Source: an uncultured Candidatus Saccharibacteria bacterium
GTDB lineage: Bacteria > Patescibacteriota > Saccharimonadia > Saccharimonadales > UBA4665
Assembly: GCA_964497565.1 (NCBI GenBank)
Contig: CAZCCP010000006.1
Coordinates: 1,449 to 65,448 of the forward strand
Length of the DNA: 64,000 nucleotides
Direction: 5' to 3'
Position 1 is the stretch's first letter; every line of letters begins with the position of its first letter. A program made the translations under genes and the position numbers. The notes under the pieces are model-generated. The model did no database searches, was not told where the DNA came from, and was given only the letters and a program-made list of their open reading frames with translations. Positions 17,876 through 26,915 of the stretch are shown here, piece after piece.

Positions 17876-18379
17876 CTATGTATCGAGGGAGAACGTATAG
17901 TTCCCGGGCCAACATTCAGTCGGAACATATTCTTTGAAGTCGAGTTTTTTCTGGTATATTGCGGCTAGTGTCGGATTGTGCAATATTTCTTGTTCGGGAT
18001 GAGAGCTGGTGCCCGCCTGGATATACACGAAACCACTCGCACCGCCATACGGGAATGTACTTGGCGGATTGGCATGCAATGTCAACGTGCAGACTTTGTT
18101 GTTGGGGTTATCGTCCCGCCCCTGTCTTTTATAGTGACCGCTGTATCTGTAGGTAACGATGTCTGTCATGGTGGAAAGATCGCTGGAGCTGAAGCCTCGC
18201 GCGTCAAAACCGCGCTCGTTGATAGCAGTCTGTGCGATAGGGCCGTCGAATAGTCGGCTGTTGCTACTGTGTGTTATCGCAGCATGGATCATGGGAGCTA
18301 GCGCAATAAGCGCCGCGAGGGCGCCAAAAATACCCGCGATAGCACCGACTTTCTCCCAGTTGAATGAAGCAGCTTTCAT
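17876..18379 (-). CDS. Hypothetical N-terminally anchored protein
   Basis: ORF track, 167 aa. N-terminal TM VGAIAGIFGALAALIALAPMI. Confidence 0.65.
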   Translation of the reverse strand: MKAASFNWEKVGAIAGIFGALAALIALAPMIHAAITHSSNSRLFDGPIAQTAINERGFDARGFSSSDLSTMTDIVTYRYSGHYKRQGRDDNPNNKVCTLTLHANPPSTFPYGGASGFVYIQAGTSSHPEQEILHNPTLAAIYQKKLDFKEYVPTECWPGNYTFSLDT

Positions 18380-18536
18380 GGGCTCAGTATAACACTAGCG
18401 ATAAAATGTCTCGTGATGCATGCTTCGCGTAACTTACGAAAAGCCCCTCCCCAAGGATGGATCTCACGGAGAATAGTTTTGAGTTTTCACAGAGCAATTT
18501 GAATTTTAAGTATTTTTATTATAAAATACTACTAAT

Positions 18537-19550
18537 ATGGCTGATCGGGAATCGATAATCAACCCCTTTGAACAAGAGGGGATACTCAACACATTTGACG
18601 AGATACAAGCTGAGTCATTCTTTGCTACGCCAGAACTGCGAAGCGCTTTTTTACGCGACCTTACGTTCGAAGACTATACGAATTTCCTAACACTTATCAA
18701 TGAATCGTTTCAATTTGACGTAAGCGAGGTGCTTGACCCTACGAACACTAGTCAACATATGATCATAAGAAGCGATACAAACCAGGAGACGGGCAAGGTC
18801 CAAGATAAATGGCCGATATACATTGCACCAGGCCATGAACACAGGCCCTTACTACTTAATGAAGCGTTCACCGTCGCACAAGAGTTAGAAGATGTCGAAC
18901 AGGCAGCTACGCTATTGGGGCTATCGCTAAGTATGGTTCATCCTTTTAATGATGGTAACGGCCGTACAAGTAGAATTTTGTATAGCCTACTGACGCATGG
19001 CTATGATGGATCAAGTGCAGATAGACAATATTTTACTGAGCTCAGTAGTCACGAAGGAAGAGAGATAGTCTACTTTTCCCAAGAAGCTGCTAATCTACCT
19101 GGTTTGTTCGTAGGACGCGAGCTACGAACAAAGCAACTTTACGATGAGCCAAAGCAGTTGATCGATTTGCAACCACGAAAAGGCGACAGTTGGAAGTGGA
19201 GAACACGAGAGTTCCTGCTTGGTAAAACAGGCGTTGACCTCATGCTTCAAGAAGGCTACTTTGGCTTACCACTACTCATGGAAAAAGTGAAAGAAGACGG
19301 CCGTCGGCTTCAAGACTGCAGCGCTGTCACAATAAGCGTATCAGGGCAAACAATACAAAGGCTTGACATAGGAGAAGTCTACGCACGACCCAAAGACATA
19401 GACCAGCGTGCAACCACAGCCAGACATACACAACTCAAGCTTGAATATATACGCACTGTCATTGATTGTTTTCGGCCAGAAACACCAGACCCACTAATCA
19501 GTTCCGACGAAATCACTCGTGTATACGCTTCGCCCACAAAGAATGCTTAG
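18537..19550 (+). CDS. Fic/DOC-family protein (putative AMPylase)
   Basis: Canonical Fic motif HPFNDGNGRTSR, matching HxFx(D/E)GNGRxxR. Confidence 0.85.
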   Translation: MADRESIINPFEQEGILNTFDEIQAESFFATPELRSAFLRDLTFEDYTNFLTLINESFQFDVSEVLDPTNTSQHMIIRSDTNQETGKVQDKWPIYIAPGHEHRPLLLNEAFTVAQELEDVEQAATLLGLSLSMVHPFNDGNGRTSRILYSLLTHGYDGSSADRQYFTELSSHEGREIVYFSQEAANLPGLFVGRELRTKQLYDEPKQLIDLQPRKGDSWKWRTREFLLGKTGVDLMLQEGYFGLPLLMEKVKEDGRRLQDCSAVTISVSGQTIQRLDIGEVYARPKDIDQRATTARHTQLKLEYIRTVIDCFRPETPDPLISSDEITRVYASPTKNA

Positions 19551-19803
19551 TACAGGACTGCAGCGTAGTCGATTCTTTTATAAACAAGAAAAAAGCCCCA
19601 AGCGTACGCTTGAGACTCTTTTCTTGGTGAACCTACCCGCCCAGTTTTGGAAGACCTTTTGGCCTAGTCTGGAATTATTGCATGACAACTTAATCATGTT
19701 GGGTGTGTCCGACCACGAACTAATGCTGGAGGGTGGCGCTAATGTTGGCGTGGCTTCGGCTCGTGCATATAGAGAAGGAATCTAGTAGCAGACGGATTCA
19801 ACC

Positions 19804-21105
19804 CTATTTCTTAAGAGACACATTGAGTAGGGCTTTGGCGGTGGCATCTAATAGAAGCTCGAACTTGTTGTAGTCAGCCTTTGTGTCAACTAATGGATGA
19901 AAAAGCACCATAGCGATTTCGCGTTTTTCGTTGTCATAATATTTAATCTCCATTGCATCCCTTGTGAGAATCTCATGGTCTTCGTGCATTCGGACTATAA
20001 ATCGTCCCATCTCTTTTTGTGACTCGACGTATTCGTCGCCAATCAGTATGCGAAACGCGTCCCATTTTTGCATGGCATCAACTTTAGCATTTACTTCAGT
20101 ATCGCTTAGCTTAGCCTTTTTCTCTCTAATGACATTTGTATAACTAGCTTCTGACTCGTGCGCGACATAATTACGCTTTCGTTTTATCCACTTTATCCAC
20201 TTATTCATTGTTAATTCTGAATATAGAGCATAAAGATCATCATTCTTTGTTTTTAACTGCTCCAAGAACTTTTCATGTTCTATGTTAGGACGAACGTCCT
20301 TCCCACTTATACTAAAGAGCTCAGTGAGTAATCTTCCAATGATGTCGAATGAGCCAGAAAATAAGAAGTAGAGGTTGCTAAGATGGTAATTAAGCTCAAA
20401 TGAATAATCGTAAAAACTATCATAACCATAGGAGTCTTTAATCTTGTAGTTACGCTCAGCGTAATGCTTTCTTTGAACTAGAGACAGTATGGTTTCTTCA
20501 CAATACCTTATTTGTATGGCTTTATGTTGCAGGGCTCGGACGAAACTCATGTGCGTATTCGTGTAACCTAGTTCTCTAGGTGCTACGTTATTCAGATTCC
20601 GAAGGTTATCTAGAAGCGGTTTAGTTTCGATATATTTCGAGAACCAAGTCGCGTTCCATACTGGCTGGTTAAAATCCCATGGTACATTCTTTCCTGTTAC
20701 GTATGCTTCTATCTCGTTTTCAAGCTGTGCCGTAGTTTCAGCGTACTGGAACGGTTTACCAGTTTTGTAGAGATCGGCTATAAGTTTTAGATCATCGCTA
20801 TAAATAAGGTCAATATTATTCGAGTGAGCATAACTCAGTATTGGATCTACACCCTTATTGAGATCGTCAAATACGCTGTATCTATACTTTTCTTGGTTAG
20901 AAGCAAGACTTTCAGTGTTCGCAACTCTTATCTCGATTTCAAAATCAGCACCTATGTCGCTAACATAGTGCTTTAATATCTCTAGTTTTTGCATTAAAGA
21001 GTACAAGTAGCTCTCATTAGTATCCAGCAGCATTACTCTAAAAATAGCATTAGGTGCAGGATGTATGTTTAACTCTGGGAAGGTCGTACCATTTATTGTT
21101 GGCAT
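19804..21105 (-). CDS. Hypothetical 433-aa protein with a candidate HEPN Rx4H motif
   Basis: ORF track 19804..21108, which starts at a GTG. The ATG at 21105 follows the RBS GAGGAG. C-terminal region KRKRNYVAHESEAS contains R-x4-H. AT-rich codon usage. Confidence 0.75.
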   Translation of the reverse strand: MPTINGTTFPELNIHPAPNAIFRVMLLDTNESYLYSLMQKLEILKHYVSDIGADFEIEIRVANTESLASNQEKYRYSVFDDLNKGVDPILSYAHSNNIDLIYSDDLKLIADLYKTGKPFQYAETTAQLENEIEAYVTGKNVPWDFNQPVWNATWFSKYIETKPLLDNLRNLNNVAPRELGYTNTHMSFVRALQHKAIQIRYCEETILSLVQRKHYAERNYKIKDSYGYDSFYDYSFELNYHLSNLYFLFSGSFDIIGRLLTELFSISGKDVRPNIEHEKFLEQLKTKNDDLYALYSELTMNKWIKWIKRKRNYVAHESEASYTNVIREKKAKLSDTEVNAKVDAMQKWDAFRILIGDEYVESQKEMGRFIVRMHEDHEILTRDAMEIKYYDNEKREIAMVLFHPLVDTKADYNKFELLLDATAKALLNVSLKK

Positions 21106-21356
21106 CACAACTCCTCTAGATTGGTATTATCGTTTGAATTCTTCGAAGCTCTCACGAGCTGTTTTGAAGATCAACTTCACAATGTTGTAGTGGGGGTCGT
21201 TCTTATCTTCATCGTGCAGATCTGTTATTTTTGATCGCATTCGCTGCGAGAGTTCTTATATGTATATTACATCTCAAAACGCTGCTGCTTGCAATTTCAA
21301 CTCCTCTTAGGCATGCTTAAGAAAAGTAACGTGGTGGGCATGTGAGGGGGTAGCAC

Positions 21357-21977
21357 GTGGCCAAAGAAAACGAACAGCTCGATACGCTTCTTAAAATTAA
21401 AGAGTTGCTAAAGCCTTTGGAAAATAAAGAACTGCTTAGCGCAAATGAAAAAGAAGTTTCTGAAATTGCGCTAGAAGAAAATAAAAAAGAACTAATCCAG
21501 CTTTCGCTAGTAGAATTACGGCGTGTATACGATGGCGTACTCAGTTCACTGGATGCCTTACGCACTAAAGCTCTTGCGCTTCTTGCTGCTGAGGTTGCGA
21601 TTGTTGCATTTCTTTTCGCACCTACAGGAAGATCAGACACGGCATTCTTTGCATATGACACACCTGTTTATGGCGTTGTACTCTTTGGCCTAGGCCTATC
21701 GCTATTGTTCTCCTCGTTTGTACTTTTCTTAATTTCCATATCCTCAGTCAATGTTACCCACCCCCCTGACGAAAAAGATATTGTCGACATTTATGGACGT
21801 TTCCAAAATAGCCCTCTAAAATTTTTAGAGTATCTGAAATCAGAATATATGCGTGCTCTTTCGCAGTGTATCTCTAGAGTTAACCATCGCTCAAAAAGAT
21901 TTACGTGGGGAGTGTACTCGTTTGCTATTGGCATAGCCCTACTTATCTTGGTAAAATATTGTAGCAACGTAATATGA
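21357..21977 (+). CDS. Hypothetical protein: N-terminal coiled-coil-like region plus 3 TM segments
   Basis: ORF track, 206 aa. GTG start preceded by GAGGGGG. TM segments ALALLAAEVAIVAFLFA, VVLFGLGLSLLFSSFVLFLISI and VYSFAIGIALLILV. Confidence 0.7.
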   Translation: MAKENEQLDTLLKIKELLKPLENKELLSANEKEVSEIALEENKKELIQLSLVELRRVYDGVLSSLDALRTKALALLAAEVAIVAFLFAPTGRSDTAFFAYDTPVYGVVLFGLGLSLLFSSFVLFLISISSVNVTHPPDEKDIVDIYGRFQNSPLKFLEYLKSEYMRALSQCISRVNHRSKRFTWGVYSFAIGIALLILVKYCSNVI

Positions 21978-22030
21978 CGGGGGCGCAAACTATGACAAAA
22001 CAATATGACTACACAACAGCCTAAATAGGT

Positions 22031-22055
22031 AGAGCCCCCGTAAGGGGCTCTTTTT
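22031..22055. terminator. Bidirectional terminator between convergent genes
   Basis: GAGCCCC, loop CGTAA, GGGGCTC, then TTTTT. Confidence 0.7.
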
Positions 22056-22176
22056 ATTGTGGTAGTGGTGCTGTAAATGGCGGTACACCTGTAAGTTCAG
22101 TGCCACATGTAGGGCAATTGGTCTCTTCGTTCGAAACCCCCACTTCGCACTGAGGACACCATTTAAGTTCTGCCAT
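22054..22176 (-). CDS. Unlisted 40-aa zinc-ribbon protein
   Basis: My translation is MAELKWCPQCEVGVSNEETNCPTCGTELTGVPPFTAPLPQ*, with two CxxC pairs. RBS AAGGAG lies 6 nt upstream of the ATG (22176). The stop is embedded in the terminator. It falls below the ORF-track length cutoff. Confidence 0.55.
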   Translation of the reverse strand: MAELKWCPQCEVGVSNEETNCPTCGTELTGVPPFTAPLPQ

Positions 22177-22333
22177 ATTTAACTCCTTGTTATTTGGTAA
22201 CCTTACTGTAGCTTTGTCAATAAGAGTTTAGCAAGTATATTTTTTGCAACAGACATGATTTCATCCCCGTAGCCGAATCTCAAACTCCCCTTCGTTTACA
22301 GAGAGGATTAAAATTAACAGGGGGTCAAAGTTT

Positions 22334-22358
22334 TGGTGACCGGCGTGGAGAATCCACC
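22334..22358 (-). repeat. Degenerate copy of a tRNA 3' end (T-loop and acceptor-CCA-like)
   Basis: The plus strand TGGTGACCGGCGTGGAGAATCCACC resembles the tRNA-Glu 3' end TGGTGATCTCGCGGAGAATCGAAC, sharing TGGTGA...GGAGAATC. It does not fold into a full tRNA. Confidence 0.35.
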
Positions 22359-22461
22359 AGGTTGGCAGAACTATGCTCCCAGCATAGTTCCTACTATTCG
22401 TCGATTCTCTACTCAGCAATGACCAAAGAAAAACGCCCATCTTGCGATGAGCGCCTTTCTT

Positions 22462-22536
22462 TGGTGATCTCGCGGAGAATCGAACTCCGATTGCCGGGAT
22501 GAAAACCCGGTGTCCTAACCGTTAGACGACGAGACC
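22462..22536 (-). tRNA. tRNA-Glu (anticodon UUC), CCA encoded
   Basis: The minus strand reads GGTCTCG..GTCTAACGGTTAGGAC..CCGGG-TTTTCAT-CCCGG..CGGAG-TTCGATT-CTCCG-CGAGATC-A-CCA, which folds into a cloverleaf by hand. Confidence 0.9.
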
Positions 22537-22799
22537 ATTTTTGTGTTGGCATGACTGCCAATAACTGCTCTATTCTAACACATCTTTGTTAAAAAGAAAA
22601 TCCCCTGTCTCTCGATAGAGGATTAAACTTAGAGCGGTCAGTCACGATCGTTACTCTTACGTTAACATACGGTGTGTATGATTACTACGGTTATCCACAG
22701 CTTTGTTGTAAAAACGTTGTCATGCGGTGATAGCCAGCACAGTAATTCAGCGCCCTATTGGGGTAAACTATACGGTACATGTCAGCCCCAAGTGGCAGC

Positions 22800-24995
22800 T
22801 TACTTCGTTGGAACAACCAGTTCTTTGGTCTTGGCAAAGGTAAAACCAAACATGCTCCCCTTGCCCTCTTGGCTCTTGAAGATAACGGCGCCGCCCTGGG
22901 CGATGATCACTTTCTTGGCCATAAACAAGCCGAGGCCCGTTCCATCAGGCCGCGCTCTTTTGGCATTATTGGCACGATAGAATTTAGAAAATAGGTGGTG
23001 TTGCTCGGATTTGGGTACGCCAATGCCATCGTCGATTACAGCTAGTTCGATAGACTGTTGCTTGTCGACAAGGCTAATCGTAATGTGGCCACCACTTGGC
23101 GTGTAATAAATAGCGTTGTCAATGAAGTTCATGATGACCTGGCGCGTTTTAGTTTCATCGAGCCTGAGCGTTGGGAAGTGCTCTGGCTTGTGATACGTCA
23201 GCTCAAGGTTGCGGCCCTTGGCAGTCTCTACGAGCTGCTTTACTTCCTCGGCAACCATGTTGGCAAGGTTTGTTGGTACCGGTTCAATCACAAACTTGCC
23301 AGTACGCAAACGTGAGACGTTGAGGAGGTCAGAGATAAGGTAGACCATACGCTGGGCGCTGATGAAGGATTGGTTGAGCAGCTTCTTTTGGAGCGGCGTG
23401 AGGTCGCCCGCGTCACCATCGAGCACCATACTGACATAGCCCTTTACGCTGGTAAGCGGCGTGCGCAACTGGTGTGACGCCATACTAATGAAGTCATCCT
23501 TGGTTTCATCGAGTTGGCGAAGCTTATCGTTAGTGCGGCGCAATTTGCGGGTCGCGTCATCAACTTTTTGTTGCAGCGTCGCGTTAAAAGTTTCGATTTC
23601 CTCGAAGCGCAAAGCGTTCTGAATAGCGATCACCAGCTCGTTGGCGATAGTTTCGATAATTGTAATGTCTTGCGTTGTATACGGGTTTCCGCTTTTCTTT
23701 GGTCCTAATATAAGGTGTCCCATATCACGGCCAGATGCGCTCAACTGCACGAGTACGGCAATGTCATTTTTCTCCAGTACTTTACGGAGATTTGCCTCAT
23801 CATAGTCGAGTTCGTCGGTTGCAATGATCGAGGAATGGTTCTTGCTGCGGACCGATCGTGCGTGCGCTATCTTGATATCTTCACTACTAAATTTCTTGTT
23901 AGCGTTTCCCACTATGTGGCTTGGCCTGCCCTCCTGGTCTATAAGGGCAACTATAAAGAACTCGCACTTAAGGCTGTTGCTTACTGTTTCTACGACGCTG
24001 TTCAACAGCCTGTTAAGGTCGGCAGTTGTGACCAAGACTTTGTTCAAGCGGTTGAGCAACTCTTGCGGATCATAGGCATCGCGATAGAATAGTCGGTTGG
24101 TTAGCTTATCGAAGAATCTCTTGAGAACCGGAAAAACAAGCGCAGCAATAATCGCAAGCGTCACGTATAGCACACGTTCTAGCGGCGGGATGGTCTGCCC
24201 ACCTGGCAAAATCAACGAGATGACAATACTCAATGCACCGTACAGAATGACAAGTGCCGACAGTACAAATATATAAGCAATGGAGCGCGCTACAACCAGA
24301 CGCACATCAAAGAGACGGTGCTTCACAATCGCGTAGGTAATAAGCGCAATAAAGAACAGAAGTCCTATATATGAGACATTGCCGGCAAAAAGATTTATGG
24401 TCTCAGAGCTCGTAAGCTGGGGCACAATGAGATTGGCTGACATAAGAGCAACCGCCGCAATAGCCACCGCCCAAAGAATAATCATTAGCTGCGCGCGCGT
24501 AGAGTTACGGGCAACCCTCTTGGCGGTAATAAGATTGCCGATACTGGATAGTGCGATGATTGCTACTGCAGCCGTGTAAGGCACAAACATGTATCGATAG
24601 GTTATCGCAAGCTCACCGTCAACAAAGTGTGGGTGAGCAACAATGCCCGTTAATACAAGGAGGGAGAAAACTACCGCAAGCCCAAAGAAGACCATGCTGC
24701 TGGGCGTCTTAATGTTCTTCTTTTCCTTGGCTTGAACAAGCTGGCTATACGTAAAGCGCCAGAACGTATATACGAGTACTGGACCTAAGAAAAAGTCGGC
24801 GTACGTAAAATACAGTGCGTAACTATGTGTTTTGAAGTTCGCACCAATACAGTTTGCAATGACCCATATAGCCAAAAAGAATGTAAAGACGGCAAAGCTG
24901 CGATTAACATCAGCTTTGGTATTGCGCACATAGGTAAAGGAGCCTAGTCCCATCAAGGCCATTGCGATAAGTGCTACCCAGAAAGTCAGAATCAT
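22800..24995 (-). CDS. Sensor histidine kinase with a large polytopic N-terminal membrane domain
   Basis: H-box SHQLRTPLTSVKGY, N-box NFIDNAIYYT and G-boxes DDGIGV / GTGLGL. About 8-10 TM segments in the first ~290 aa. Confidence 0.9.
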   Translation of the reverse strand: MILTFWVALIAMALMGLGSFTYVRNTKADVNRSFAVFTFFLAIWVIANCIGANFKTHSYALYFTYADFFLGPVLVYTFWRFTYSQLVQAKEKKNIKTPSSMVFFGLAVVFSLLVLTGIVAHPHFVDGELAITYRYMFVPYTAAVAIIALSSIGNLITAKRVARNSTRAQLMIILWAVAIAAVALMSANLIVPQLTSSETINLFAGNVSYIGLLFFIALITYAIVKHRLFDVRLVVARSIAYIFVLSALVILYGALSIVISLILPGGQTIPPLERVLYVTLAIIAALVFPVLKRFFDKLTNRLFYRDAYDPQELLNRLNKVLVTTADLNRLLNSVVETVSNSLKCEFFIVALIDQEGRPSHIVGNANKKFSSEDIKIAHARSVRSKNHSSIIATDELDYDEANLRKVLEKNDIAVLVQLSASGRDMGHLILGPKKSGNPYTTQDITIIETIANELVIAIQNALRFEEIETFNATLQQKVDDATRKLRRTNDKLRQLDETKDDFISMASHQLRTPLTSVKGYVSMVLDGDAGDLTPLQKKLLNQSFISAQRMVYLISDLLNVSRLRTGKFVIEPVPTNLANMVAEEVKQLVETAKGRNLELTYHKPEHFPTLRLDETKTRQVIMNFIDNAIYYTPSGGHITISLVDKQQSIELAVIDDGIGVPKSEQHHLFSKFYRANNAKRARPDGTGLGLFMAKKVIIAQGGAVIFKSQEGKGSMFGFTFAKTKELVVPTK

Positions 24996-25051
24996 ATCTA
25001 CCTCTAAGTATATTGCAACATAACCGATTTGGGTAGTAGGGACTCCTTGGT

Positions 25052-25717
25052 CTATACGTCTTTTTGGGTGTTGCGCTTGATGCCGCTCAGCATTGCCTTA
25101 CGCACTGCAACGGTAACCGCAAGGTCAGCTGCAGCAAAGCTGAGCATGCCGTACGACTCTGGAGGCAATTCGGCTATAATACCCGTCGAGATAATTGCGG
25201 CCGATCCTACAGCTCCTACGGTATTAACCCAGAAACCAGCTTTAAAAAGCTTGCTGTCATTGGCTTTTTCGCAGATGTCGGGCAAGCGTTCCTTGAGTTT
25301 GAGCGGGTTGCCAACTTTGGTACCGACAGCAGTTGCCATCATCGCCAGACCACCAACAAACATTGTCTCGCTGGTCGCGATACCAATGCCAACCATGGGG
25401 GCTGCATCGACAACTTCGTGGGTCACTTCACCGAGGGGATTGAGTGTGAGCGTGAGCGTTGCACTTGCGACGGCGGCGCCTAAGGCCAGTTTACCTTTGT
25501 GACGAGCTGCCCATTCACGGGCACGCTGCCAGCCATTGCGATGCTCATTGACATCGACAGCACTGAGAGCATTGAAGTCTGCGGCAGTTGGTTCGACAAC
25601 ATCAATACTGCGTTCATCTGTAGCAAGAAAATCTTGCTCGAGATTCGTGTCATCAACTGGAGCAGACTCAACCGGCAAGAGCGGCTGCCTTGCCAGTGCA
25701 AAATCTTCGTTATACAT
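25052..25717 (-). CDS. Hypothetical membrane protein
   Basis: ORF track, 221 aa. Acidic N-terminus, then Gly/Ala-rich TM segments. Confidence 0.65.
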   Translation of the reverse strand: MYNEDFALARQPLLPVESAPVDDTNLEQDFLATDERSIDVVEPTAADFNALSAVDVNEHRNGWQRAREWAARHKGKLALGAAVASATLTLTLNPLGEVTHEVVDAAPMVGIGIATSETMFVGGLAMMATAVGTKVGNPLKLKERLPDICEKANDSKLFKAGFWVNTVGAVGSAAIISTGIIAELPPESYGMLSFAAADLAVTVAVRKAMLSGIKRNTQKDV

Positions 25718-25718
25718 A

Positions 25719-26915
25719 TTAGAATGCCTTGCTCATCAACCAGCGTGATTTGGCGACTGCCTGCACGGTCTTACCGACAACTTTGCGAGCGAAGAGGTTC
25801 TTTTGGAGTGACTCAGGAAGTGGGTTTTCAAAGATACCAACAGCACCAAAGTTCATCGATTGAGCATCATCATAAGCATCAGCTACCACGCGAGTAAATC
25901 TACAGCCGGCGCCATCGTAGATACGGATAAGACGATCGAGTGGCACTTCCTTGCCCTTTGAGTTGGTTTTCGTAGAGTGGAAGTAGCGCTCAGCAAGTTC
26001 CATCTGTTCATCCTTAGTAAGGTTTTCGTAGTCGCGACCAGATTCCTTACATTCGCGTTGTGCCCAAGCGCCAAGGCCTGGAAGACGACTTTCGAAGAAT
26101 GCGCGCTTGCGGCCTCCCTCAATAAGCTTACCGATCTGGTTGGTAAAGAGCATGTTACGTGCTGCTTCACCCACACCCGGGAGCATACTGAGGCTTACAA
26201 CGTAGACGTTCTCTCCGTCAGGGTCATACGTTGACTCTAACGTACCGTTATCGGTGGTCTTTTCCCAAGATTCAAAGTCTTCAGGAGTCTTGCTGGTTGG
26301 GCAGCAAGTCATAAAGCCAGCAATGATACCGTCTCGTTCAACGAGGCGCATCCAGTCGCCGCCGACCATGTCAAAGCGACCAGTAAACTTTTCGATAAGG
26401 TCAGCGCGCAATGCGTCACCCTTAAGTTCATAGTCCTTGTAAACATTGGCGAAAGCGATCATATCAACTTCTACCAATTGTGCGATATCCTCGCGTGTAA
26501 CAGCACGTTCCTTCAGTTGGTGTTTCGTGATAACTGCTTCGTGAGTTGGCACGTAGTTCTTATCCACCAACTGTGGAGCTGGTGCTGTTTCAGCAATTTT
26601 GGGGGTAGGAAAAAGTTCGGTAGCCGTGCCTGTAGGAAGTAGCTGCAACGTGTCGGCTAGCGGTTTGATGCCATATGCTTCATTGATCGCATTGCGAGCT
26701 ACTTCAAGGTCAACAACCTCAGCAAGAGTGTCGAGTGCTTCCTGATTGACCGTATTACGGAGAATAGCTTCGCTCAAGTGGTGGACAGTTGCGAGCTCCT
26801 CATTCTCTTCTTGAGGTAGTTGCGCTACCTCTTGTTCTGGTGAATGATTCTGCTCCATAACACCCCCACCTAACATAAATACATTGTCACTAAAACCTAT
26901 TTCATATGCAGCCAT
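25719..26915 (-). CDS. Hypothetical protein with a GNAT-like acyltransferase C-terminal region
   Basis: The ORF track starts at a TTG (26930). The ATG at 26915 follows the RBS GGAGG. The region VDMIAFANVY...IIAGFMTC...VYVVSLSMLPG...GKLIEGG resembles a GNAT fold, from memory only. Confidence 0.6.
   Translation of the reverse strand: MAAYEIGFSDNVFMLGGGVMEQNHSPEQEVAQLPQEENEELATVHHLSEAILRNTVNQEALDTLAEVVDLEVARNAINEAYGIKPLADTLQLLPTGTATELFPTPKIAETAPAPQLVDKNYVPTHEAVITKHQLKERAVTREDIAQLVEVDMIAFANVYKDYELKGDALRADLIEKFTGRFDMVGGDWMRLVERDGIIAGFMTCCPTSKTPEDFESWEKTTDNGTLESTYDPDGENVYVVSLSMLPGVGEAARNMLFTNQIGKLIEGGRKRAFFESRLPGLGAWAQRECKESGRDYENLTKDEQMELAERYFHSTKTNSKGKEVPLDRLIRIYDGAGCRFTRVVADAYDDAQSMNFGAVGIFENPLPESLQKNLFARKVVGKTVQAVAKSRWLMSKAF

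Larger units (their letters stand above)
18461..22480. mobile_element. Candidate tRNA-Glu-associated genomic island (about 4 kb, no integrase seen)
   Basis: ATCTCACGGAGAAT (18461-18474) is a 13/14 direct repeat of the tRNA-Glu 3' end, ATCTCGCGGAGAAT (22467-22480). The enclosed DNA is visibly more AT-rich and encodes Fic, a candidate HEPN protein, a 3-TM protein and a zinc-ribbon peptide. Confidence 0.45.

Noticed and set aside
21125-21238. A possible 37-aa minus-strand ORF (MRSKITDLHDEDKNDPHYNIVKLIFKTARESFEEFKR) just upstream of the HEPN-candidate gene.
   Set aside because: It has no Shine-Dalgarno sequence and no recognisable motif, so it could equally be 5'UTR.
22240-22440. A second tRNA gene next to tRNA-Glu.
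   Set aside because: The fragment has a tRNA-like 3' end, but there is no matching 5' acceptor strand, no D-arm and no proper 5-bp T-stem with a 7-nt loop.
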